From an uncultured Klebsiella sp. (GTDB lineage Bacteria > Chloroflexota > Chloroflexia > Chloroflexales > Roseiflexaceae), in NCBI GenBank assembly GCA_964469045.1, contig CAYXXK010000009.1, positions 5,012 to 69,011 on the forward strand: DNA of 64,000 bases, in the 5' to 3' direction. The position numbers were made by a program, and so were the translations under genes. The notes beneath the pieces were generated by a model, which did no database searches, was not told where the DNA came from, and was given only the letters and a program-made list of their open reading frames with translations. Below are positions 45,380-54,200 of this stretch, piece by piece. The number at the start of each line of letters is the position of its first letter. Positions within the stretch are counted from its first letter, which is position 1.

Positions 45380-45874
45380 TTAGAGTCTCCAATTACCGGC
45401 TGCAATCCACGCCGCCAAATCAAACTGATGTGATTTCTTTACGGCCGGATTGATGCGTGTTTGTGCCGCATGTTGTATCAACCGCTGGTGTGCTGGGCGT
45501 ACAATCGCCATCGCCGCCACTGCATCACCAGGCTCAGCAAATAATGCTACAGATCCGGGTACCGATGCATATGCGCCGACTTCACCTTCCTCAGCAAACA
45601 TACCCGTCAATGTAATCTGCCAATCGGTCACCGCATCGATTTGATTAAACACACCTTCATCCACCACGATGTTGATTTCGTTGCGAGTAAATATCAATAC
45701 CTCAATCATGCCGACATTCAGCCGTAACGCATCACGGTTACATGTCAGCGTCCATTTGTCTGGTGCAATCTGTTGTGCATATGCCATGCTCTCTGCGAGC
45801 ATGCACAATAATCCGGCACGCATGCGTGCATCAGGAAGATGTTTTTGGACGAATTGAAAGACATCGGTGGCCAT
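45380..45874 (-). CDS. hypothetical protein (164 aa), first gene of the PARG operon
   Basis: ATG at 45874 has AAGGA upstream. Its stop is 13 nt before the PARG start. I recognise no domain. Confidence 0.55.
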   Translation of the reverse strand: MATDVFQFVQKHLPDARMRAGLLCMLAESMAYAQQIAPDKWTLTCNRDALRLNVGMIEVLIFTRNEINIVVDEGVFNQIDAVTDWQITLTGMFAEEGEVGAYASVPGSVALFAEPGDAVAAMAIVRPAHQRLIQHAAQTRINPAVKKSHQFDLAAWIAAGNWRL

Positions 45875-45981
45875 ATGTTTTCCTTTCTGAGATACTTCTA
45901 CGCACAATGACAACACCATCATTCATCGTGTGGCTATGTAAAAACCAATTCCACGCACGTATGTGCAAAGAACTATGATTG

Positions 45982-46698
45982 TTATGGCATTTGTGCAAGT
46001 AATCGGCCAATCTCTTTGTCAAACTCAACTACTTCTACGACCCAGTCGTACACCACACGGCGGGATGCGGCACTCGGTGAGCCAAACGCAATCTCGACAC
46101 GCATCTCAACAAACGCAGGAATCATCGTATCGCGCATCAATTTGAGGTAATACGCTATTTCAGTTGGTTGATCCGCACAGGTAGGCACTCGCATACCATT
46201 CAAACCAGCGAACACTTCGTTGACGGCGCCTTCGCTCGTCCCCGGCAAGTATATTTCTTGCACGTAATATGCCATGACATTGGCCAATACCCCAGCATCT
46301 TTGCGCATTTGGGTAGCTTTTTGTATGAATGGCGCAAGCTCTTTTTTGCATGCAGAAATACGATCAACTGTAGCCGTCGGCACCGGTGTCTCTGTTGGCA
46401 CACGTGTCTTTGTTGGAGGTATTGTCTCCGTCGGCACCGGTGTGTCGGTCGGAACCACCGTCTCCGTTGCCGTCGCTGTCGGAATCATCGTCTCCGTTGC
46501 CGTCGCTGTCGGAACCATCGTCTCCGTTGCCGTCGCTGTCGGAATCATCGTCTCTGTTGGGGCCAACGTGGCAGTAGCTGTTGTCGTGGGCACGCGCACG
46601 ATTGCCGTCATCCGCTCTTGGGCTTCAGGAGTCAATAAAATCACCATCATCATCACGACTGTTAGCACAATAATCGTACGCATATTGCTGCTCTTCAT
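45982..46698 (-). CDS. secreted or membrane-anchored protein with Thr/Pro-rich tandem-repeat linker and unknown C-terminal domain
   Basis: N-terminal hydrophobic helix, a (TATATETM[IV]P)n linker, and a C-terminal domain of about 125 aa containing two Cys. Confidence 0.65.
   Translation of the reverse strand: MKSSNMRTIIVLTVVMMMVILLTPEAQERMTAIVRVPTTTATATLAPTETMIPTATATETMVPTATATETMIPTATATETVVPTDTPVPTETIPPTKTRVPTETPVPTATVDRISACKKELAPFIQKATQMRKDAGVLANVMAYYVQEIYLPGTSEGAVNEVFAGLNGMRVPTCADQPTEIAYYLKLMRDTMIPAFVEMRVEIAFGSPSAASRRVVYDWVVEVVEFDKEIGRLLAQMP
46451..46560. repeat. 30-nt in-frame tandem repeat, about 3.7 copies
   Basis: ggaa(c/t)ca(c/t)cgtctccgttgccgtcgctgtc repeats head to tail and encodes TATATETM(I/V)P units on the minus strand. 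Confidence 0.85.
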
Positions 46699-46822
46699 TT
46701 CTACACCTACTTTTTTATTCTTTTCACTCGCATACTATACCACAAAATACGTAATAATGTTACAATCCAACATGTCATATGGTGACACAACTTGAGCAAA
46801 CATGCACACGAAAGGAAAGCAG

Positions 46823-47152
46823 ATGTCAACGAATGAATCGATCTACACCGCCCTCTCAGTATCATTCATTGGGGTAATTGCCGATCTGCGCGATGCAGAC
46901 AAGTCAGTGCAACAGGCGCGTCGTGTGCGTGACAAGGCCCAACGCGACGCTATCAAGGCCATCAGGCTCCACCGCAGAGCGATTGCGATTGCTGGTGGAC
47001 CAAACGCCATGGCCGACCATCATCTCGCGTTAAGTCAACAACACGTCAAAGAGACGCAAGAGGCGTACGAGCGCGCTCTTGCGTCAGCGATTAAGACGTA
47101 CCGGTGGGTAATACAACAATGGCTCGATCAGCAGCAGACGACTACGCTCTGA
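46823..47152 (+). CDS. hypothetical helical protein (109 aa)
   Basis: AAGGAAAG RBS before the ATG at 46823. Charged helical sequence with no recognised domain. Confidence 0.5.
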   Translation: MSTNESIYTALSVSFIGVIADLRDADKSVQQARRVRDKAQRDAIKAIRLHRRAIAIAGGPNAMADHHLALSQQHVKETQEAYERALASAIKTYRWVIQQWLDQQQTTTL

Positions 47153-48509
47153 CCACCTCCACCTTATATTGTTGGGTCATGGCGCCATCAGCCGCAACCA
47201 CACGCAGCTCGAGCGTTGCGCTTTCAACCAAAAATGGCTGGCATGACAGATGTGACACGCCGTTAATGGTCAGGCTCGTATAATCAGTTGCGGTTACTAC
47301 CGGACTAATCGTGACCGCCCCTGTAGCAACAATCGTGTACGTCACCTGTAATGGTGTAAATGCGGGTGACAAGACACCACCGTGTACTACGATATTGGCG
47401 AGTGTTGCAATCCGTATCGACGGTAGCGACAAGTACCGCTCTTGGGGCACGTTAATCGCCACCCAATCAGCATCTGTGATGCGGTTGCCACGCTGGACCC
47501 ACCAGCCACCGCGTGGGCGCAGTGAAGGCGTCGGAGTCACCCGATCATCAACCACATCTTGCACCAACGCCAGCAAACTATCAAGATATGCCGCATCAAG
47601 TGGACCATCGTTATGTCCACCATATATTACATCGACACGACCACGCATCAGTGCATCGTATCGACGTAGTGACGACAAATAATAGTCAATCGGAGATGCA
47701 CTTGGGATTTGCATCCATAGTGCGTGTGGTACGGTAGGCGTATTACTACCAAATGCATCACCAGCAATCAACAAACGGCGCGTCGCCTCATAAAAGACCA
47801 TACTCCCATGTGAGTGCCCCGGTACATGCAAGACGTCAAATCGCCAATCACCTACATCAAATACCATGCCAGCGTGGATATCAATAATACCGCTCAAATC
47901 CAACTGGAGTCCCATTCGCTCACCAAATGCGCGTACCATCGGCAAATCAAGATGACTCATATACACGTCATACGAATCTTCGAATTGCCCAAGTGCCGCC
48001 ACATGATCAGGATGGCCATGCGTGATACAGACAGTTAATGGTAGATCGCCGATGAACTGTTGTACAAGTGTACGCAACTGCCCATTTCCCAACCCTGCAT
48101 CAAACAACAAAGCGCCCTTTTTGCCTTTTACCAGATACATGTTGGTGTCATCGTAATCACGAATTTGCCAAAACCCCGGCAACACTTCGTGATAAATGTA
48201 TGCGTCCGTATCGCGTCGGTCAATCGTATAGGCAAATGTCACCACATCACTCGGCGCGCAATGAGGAGCTGTTGCTTGCGCTGTCACCACATAGTCCATA
48301 CGGACTCCTTTGGTGCCGTGGTTAATTGCGGCCAACATCGGCAAATCATCCGGTGTACATATCGCACTATCGGCCGACGGCACTGTTCCATCAAGGGTGT
48401 AGCGAATCACAGCATCAGGAGTAGCACACAGGAGTGTAATTTGTTGGGCCACAGCAAATATGCCAGGGGGTGGGAACGCTGTCGGTGTAGCAGTTTTGGG
48501 ATTCATCAT
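47142..48509 (-). CDS. MBL-fold metallo-hydrolase flanked by Ig-like accessory domains (chitobiase-C/FN3-associated-like N-terminus, cadherin-like beta-sandwich C-terminus)
   Basis: Metal motif ITHGHPDH and a downstream HVPGHSHG. N-terminal ITLLCATPDAVIRYTLDGTVP; C-terminal LSPAFTPLQVTYT...YKVEV. Confidence 0.8.
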   Translation of the reverse strand: MMNPKTATPTAFPPPGIFAVAQQITLLCATPDAVIRYTLDGTVPSADSAICTPDDLPMLAAINHGTKGVRMDYVVTAQATAPHCAPSDVVTFAYTIDRRDTDAYIYHEVLPGFWQIRDYDDTNMYLVKGKKGALLFDAGLGNGQLRTLVQQFIGDLPLTVCITHGHPDHVAALGQFEDSYDVYMSHLDLPMVRAFGERMGLQLDLSGIIDIHAGMVFDVGDWRFDVLHVPGHSHGSMVFYEATRRLLIAGDAFGSNTPTVPHALWMQIPSASPIDYYLSSLRRYDALMRGRVDVIYGGHNDGPLDAAYLDSLLALVQDVVDDRVTPTPSLRPRGGWWVQRGNRITDADWVAINVPQERYLSLPSIRIATLANIVVHGGVLSPAFTPLQVTYTIVATGAVTISPVVTATDYTSLTINGVSHLSCQPFLVESATLELRVVAADGAMTQQYKVEVVRA

Positions 48510-48599
48510 GACTCCAAATACAGTGACTGGTGTGGTACATCGAGTATACCGCAGGGAATTCGTTCAATTTGCGCACCCAAATATTCGTACAATATCAAT

Positions 48600-49064
48600 A
48601 TGAATATATTCATGCACATGCGTCATCTCATCATCGGCTCCTATATACTCCTCGTTGCCTGTACTCCAGCGGCAGTTAAGCCCGTTATCGTCACTGTGGT
48701 TATTCCTTACGGTAGTGACCGCACTCCCACGCCACTTGTCGCAACCACCCGAATCCTCGGAGCCAACAAGGCGTACGTTGACACCTTACTGAGCACCTGG
48801 TCGGTACGCACCGATCGCACTTCGATGAGTGACACAGCGATTTATCGTTATACCCAAGATGTGACGTTAATTGTAGCATTTCGCAATGATGTGGCAATCG
48901 GCGTCTATGTCATCGATAATCCTGCGGCCGGTATTATCGGAATTCCACCAGCACGCGCTGATGAATTAGTCGATCTCATCGGTGGGATTATCAATCCTGA
49001 CTCGCTCGTCGTCGACGAGTTCGGGTTTCGTGAATTTGGTATCGGTGACGTCACCAGTTGGTAG
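48600..49064 (+). CDS. probable lipoprotein, unknown function
   Basis: Signal-like segment ending LLVAC (lipobox-like). It is the only non-antisense part of the long 48060-49064 ORF. The start is uncertain (48600, 48612 or 48618). Confidence 0.5.
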   Translation: MNIFMHMRHLIIGSYILLVACTPAAVKPVIVTVVIPYGSDRTPTPLVATTRILGANKAYVDTLLSTWSVRTDRTSMSDTAIYRYTQDVTLIVAFRNDVAIGVYVIDNPAAGIIGIPPARADELVDLIGGIINPDSLVVDEFGFREFGIGDVTSW

Positions 49065-49074
49065 GGAGCACGGT

Positions 49075-49341
49075 ATGTGGATTCTTTTTGTGGTCATGGT
49101 AGCCGGAATAGCTTTTCTAATGGGAGGGAGTTATATCAATCGCCCATCGACACAATTGATTGAACGCAAACGCCAAGCCTATCACCATACGCGTGCAATA
49201 TATGCTACACACCCCGAAAACGCCAACTATCGCTCCCTCATTGAGCGTGTCGGGCGTGAGTATATCGCAGTCGAAGACCCTGTTATTTTTAACGAAGATG
49301 ATCTCGCACATGATATTGACACAATTCGTCAGCTACACTAA
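49075..49341 (+). CDS. small single-TM hypothetical protein (88 aa)
   Basis: GGGAG RBS before the ATG at 49075. N-terminal TM helix WILFVVMVAGIAFLMGG. Confidence 0.45.
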   Translation: MWILFVVMVAGIAFLMGGSYINRPSTQLIERKRQAYHHTRAIYATHPENANYRSLIERVGREYIAVEDPVIFNEDDLAHDIDTIRQLH

Positions 49342-49425
49342 TCCATGTATGCCACAACTACTTACGCCCTCACTATATGCTATAGTAGAGCAAGGTATGT
49401 ATTTAGCATGTTGACTGAGGTGTGC

Positions 49426-51072
49426 ATGGTTCATCATCTGCAGAAGCTTATATTTATAGTAATAATTACATTCATCATCTCACTCTTCCCCGCTACAACG
49501 TGGGCCGCTGAACCGCGCTGCTTTTCCGAGACTGGACACTGTATCACTGGTCCGATTCGTCAATACTGGGAGCGCAACGGTGGTCTAAGCGTCTTCGGGT
49601 TCCCCAAAGGCACACAAACCAAAGAGTTAGTTGAAGGTATCCCACTAACAGTGCAATGGTTTGAACGCGATCGACTCGAAATTCAACCAAACGGACTTGT
49701 CACCGCTGGGCGCCTCGGGGCGCGCGTCCTTGAGTTACAAGGCACATCATGGCAGCATGGAACACAAGAACGACTCAACGGATGCCAAACGTTTTCCGAG
49801 ACTGGCCATCGCATCTGCGGAGAGTTCGCTCGTTTTTGGCAACGCAACGGCGGCGTCACTCGTTTCGGATTTCCCATCAGCGCTGAATACGTCACAACCA
49901 TCGAAGGTCGAACTTTGACCGTGCAGTACTTCGAGCGCCGGCGCTTCGAGTTGCACCCCGGCAATCAAGTATTGCTCGGCTTGCTCGGCAACGAAGTGCA
50001 GGCCATTCAGCAGTATCAGAACTGGTTTTACAATGTCCCCACCAATCCACATATGCACTGGGTAACTGCTGAGGGACCACGACTGATGGCTGGAGGGCAA
50101 CCGTTTGATGTCCGTGGCATGAATTACGTGCGCGCCACAGGCGTCGATGCAAGCCGCTGTTGGTCGCTCCAATTCGGTGCCGACGCTAATTGTGCCTGGG
50201 ATGTACCAGCTATGACCGCCGACCTCGACCGATTACGTGGGTTAGGCGTCAACACGGTCCGACTCTTTTTAAATTACTACGTTTTCGGCGGTGCCGTGCC
50301 TATTTTTGATAGTGCAGGTCGACCAAATATCGCGCTCCAACATCTCGAAGAGTTGATTAATCTCGCCAACGCTCGTGGCATGTATGTTATTCCAGTGTTG
50401 TTAATCGACCACCCCAAACACGAGATGGATCCAGATCATTATGCTAGTGCAATCACTTCGCATGTACGCCCGCTCGTCAGTCATTTTGCCAATCGCCCAG
50501 GTATTTTGGCATGGGACGTGTTTAATGAGCCTGATATCGGCAGCGAAGTTGATTTACGTTGTTGGGATTGGGACAACGCTGATTATCCTGAGTGTTTTCC
50601 CTTAGCCGAAAAACGGATGCGCTTCGTTGAAGCCATGCTCCGCGAAGTCAAAGCACAAGACCCCAATCGATTGCGGACTACTGGTCTCGCATTCGCCAAA
50701 AGTCATTTCGAGCCACGCGAGGCATCACTCCGCATCGCTGACATGGTCGACTTCTACACATTCCATTATTACGACGACTCGCCGTATGACAGCGGTCGCT
50801 ACAAAGCACACTGGTACTACGGCAAAGGATTTACGCATGACCTCTATCGTTCACTCCAAGAACTCAAAGCACTTGGGCAGAACAAGCCGGTCATTGTCAC
50901 CGAAATCGGCTTTGTCACCGAAGGACGTGAAGCCACACGCTCAATTGCACAACATCACACCGATCTCAAAATTGCACGTGAACTCATCCGCGAAAGTGGT
51001 GGGTCAGGCTTAGTCATTTGGTCATTCCAATCCACATTTGATGATGCGATTGGAGACGTTTTTCCACGGTAA
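49426..51072 (+). CDS. secreted clan GH-A glycoside hydrolase (GH5-like) with two N-terminal Cys-containing repeats of about 60 aa
   Basis: Signal peptide. Duplicated module CF-SETGH-C-x-G-x-F-x-x-W-x-RNGG...FGFP...LTVQ(W/Y)FER-R-(L/F)E. TIM-barrel motifs VNTVRLF, FNEPD (acid/base) and VTEIGF (nucleophile). Confidence 0.75.
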   Translation: MVHHLQKLIFIVIITFIISLFPATTWAAEPRCFSETGHCITGPIRQYWERNGGLSVFGFPKGTQTKELVEGIPLTVQWFERDRLEIQPNGLVTAGRLGARVLELQGTSWQHGTQERLNGCQTFSETGHRICGEFARFWQRNGGVTRFGFPISAEYVTTIEGRTLTVQYFERRRFELHPGNQVLLGLLGNEVQAIQQYQNWFYNVPTNPHMHWVTAEGPRLMAGGQPFDVRGMNYVRATGVDASRCWSLQFGADANCAWDVPAMTADLDRLRGLGVNTVRLFLNYYVFGGAVPIFDSAGRPNIALQHLEELINLANARGMYVIPVLLIDHPKHEMDPDHYASAITSHVRPLVSHFANRPGILAWDVFNEPDIGSEVDLRCWDWDNADYPECFPLAEKRMRFVEAMLREVKAQDPNRLRTTGLAFAKSHFEPREASLRIADMVDFYTFHYYDDSPYDSGRYKAHWYYGKGFTHDLYRSLQELKALGQNKPVIVTEIGFVTEGREATRSIAQHHTDLKIARELIRESGGSGLVIWSFQSTFDDAIGDVFPR

Positions 51073-51086
51073 TTTGCGATACAATC

Positions 51087-51127
51087 AACACAACAGGGCG
51101 TCATGTATGGCACCCTGTTGTGTTTTG
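51087..51127 (+). terminator. rho-independent terminator after the GH-A gene
   Basis: 12-bp stem aacacaacaggg / ccctgttgtgtt running into TTTTG. Confidence 0.6.
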
Positions 51128-51285
51128 CGCACGAATGAATTTGTTCACAATTATTTTATTTCCGTATACTAAATTTTTCATAAATATGTCATACTTTCGT
51201 ATGATTTTATGAAAACCTATTTACAAATCGTTAAATCTTTAATAGAATTGCCTCATCAGATAACAGACAACCAAAGAGGTCTAGA

Positions 51286-54200
51286 ATGGAATCGTCACGT
51301 CATATACGAGGCATTATGCGTGTTTGGTTACTTTTGACATTAATTGTTAGTATGTTTACTCCCACCTGGCTCACCCCCCACCCCTCCGCAGAAAGTCACC
51401 CCCTCGTTCGCAAACTCGACACCGTTGAGACAGACATGGCAGCACATGCCGTCGGCAGCGAGTGGCACAATCCGAATGACACACCAATGGTGGTCAACTT
51501 GGGGCAGACGTCACCAGATATGCCTGTTGCCGGTATGGATCAATGGTTGAGTGCCCGCGGTCAATCAATTGAACCACGTGCAAATGTCGTTGGCACAAAA
51601 AAATACCTCGTCATGCGCGTCTATGCGCAAGACCAAGCTGCAACCAGTTATTACGCCAAAGATTTGGCTGATGAGGGCGTGACTGGTCTCACCCGCAGTG
51701 TTGAAGAAGATATTATGAAGCCGCTCAAACAACTCTTCACCGATACTACATATGGCAAAGTCACACTCGCATGGGACATCACCGACCTCTATCAACTCCC
51801 AAAAAGTCGCAGTTACTATATCAACGACTGCAAAAGTGTCGATGCTAGCGGTACAGTCATCGGAGAATCCGGCGACATGAGTTTGGCATGTGGCGATGGG
51901 CTCAGCGAAACCAACAAAACACAACGCATCTACAGCGATGCCGTCAGTGCCATCCCAAGTGGGTACGACTTCACAGATTATGTGGGTATTGTAGTAATCT
52001 TCAACGAAACCAATCTTACACGCATGTATCGTGGCGTCGGTGGCCGTTGCAATACGGATACTACCGCATTACCTGGTGTGGGGAGAAACACCGTATATGG
52101 CTGTGTCAACATTACCGAAAATCCTGTTGAAGGCGATGGTGTGACGTTTGGACGTCTAGGCCACGAAATGGCGCATGCGCTCCAGCAAGGCGACGTACGA
52201 CACCCTAGTTTCTACGCAAATAAATATGAACTCCTTGACGCAAGCTATCCTGGTCAGATTGGTGCTTTTGCCAAACAAGATGACCAAGACTTCCCCGGGT
52301 GGTTGCCAGATGCGCAATACATTGACATCAGCGATGGCAAAACCACCGACCGCACCTGTTTGCGTGTGCTCGAGCGAGTCCCTGATGCGCGGCCACAAGT
52401 CATTCGTGTCCAAATTACGGGATCACGGTACTACTTGATATCAGCCCGTCACCGGATTCTTGGTGACGAATTATCTTGGAACGCAGCTGGCATCCCAGAC
52501 GAGGGCATTCTCGTCGAACGCGTCAACGAAAGCCCCGGCAAGGATGCAGCTGGCAATCAGCTCCCATGGGTGACGGTCATACCCAAAAGCGGTACTTGGA
52601 ATTTATTCAAAAAAGGCGACAATAACATCTTAATTGGCGATAACGTCTATTTGACGGTCCAGTCAAATGCTCAGAGTGGCATCAGCGATGGCGAAATCTA
52701 CTGTGTGCGCGTTACGTTTGGGCCAGCTGTCAACGAACCTGACGTTGCTATTCGCCCATGGCGTGAGGCGCCTGGCAACACTTACGAAACCACCGACATC
52801 TGGGTGGATAGCCCCTTCAACGGGTACGATGTGTATCGCAACGGTATGTGGAACGACCTTTCTGGCGTACCAGTCCCTAGAGGCAACGGCGACGCACCGG
52901 GAGTTGACGCAGTAAATCGCCTCTATGCACGCGTCCGCAACGTCGGCACCATTGATGCAACCGACATCACCGTCCGCTTCAAGGTATCAACTCCCATCGG
53001 TGTGGGAGTCAACAACGATACAAACTGGGTAGAGGTAGGTACGGTCGACAAAACCACTTTCCCTGCCTTAGCCAGCTTGCCCGCTGGTGGTTATACCGAC
53101 GTCTACATTGAATGGACTCCTAGTGTTGAGCTTACTGACGAACAAATCGAGGCTGGCATATTCGAGTATCACACCTGTGTCCGAGTCACAATAGATGACG
53201 TTGCAGGTGAGGTCACGACCGGCAATCAAGACGGCGACCAAGAACAAGAGAACATTCGCGAGTTTGAGGCCACACCAGTCAGAAGCAATATCTACCGCCA
53301 CGACTTCAACCTGCATAACAACGACATGACCGCTCCAAAGACCTACACACTTAACCTCGAGGGTAACTTACCACCAACGTGGGAGGTGACGCTCAACGAT
53401 GGTGATCCATCAATTACGGTGCCGGCTAACAGTAGTGTCACCATTCCAATTACAGTCACTGCCAATAGTAGTGCTGTCATCGGCACCAAATTTAGCTTGC
53501 AAGTCAACGCAAGTAGCGTGCGCATGTTGTTGACCGATAACATTGATGCTAACGGCGACGGCGTCGTTGATAGTGGCAGGATCCCAGCTGATGAAGGCGA
53601 TGCCGCCCGATTTGAAGGAGAAAACGTGCATCGCGACGAGAATGTCCAAGGTGGTTTTGACTTTGACATTCGGGTACTTGCCCCCACCGAAATCGCATGT
53701 CGGCCATACGGGCGCGGTGCACGTGTCGAGGTACAAGGTGAACTCAATGGATTCGAGGGCATTCACCAAGCAGGTACCCCGTTGCGTGCCTATGCACAAA
53801 TCTTTGACAGCGCCAAAAACCCGATTCCTCTTGATGATCGATCTGTCAGCGATATTGGTTCGAATGGCGCATTTCAGATGAACTTTAGCGCACTCACCCA
53901 AGACAAAACTGCTACCTTGCCCGCATTTGTGCGTTGTATATTCCCTGGCACCCATCTTTTGGCCAGTAGTACCACTGGATTTGTTCCTATTGACACAACC
54001 AATTTTGCACCAACACTCACCCCAGAGCCATGGGGCGGCAGCCAGTTCCATTTTGGACTCAGTCTTAACAGCTTTTTGCCACCAACACATATCTACTACG
54101 ATCGGGTCAGTCTGACAAGCGCCACAACCAACCAGTTCAAATGTAGTGTAGGGCGCTGCCCACTATTGGTTGATGGTCAGCACGGTCGTGGTGTACAGTT

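Noticed and set aside
46451-46560. Tandem repeats considered as a possible CRISPR array or minisatellite.
   Set aside because: The units are directly adjacent with no spacers, have a 30-nt period, are in frame and encode a Thr/Pro linker inside a CDS. This is not a CRISPR array.
48060-48599. 5' two-thirds of the 334-aa ORF 48060-49064.
   Set aside because: This part is antisense to the MBL-fold hydrolase and has an implausible composition. Only the portion from about 48600, with a lipoprotein-like signal, is kept as a gene.
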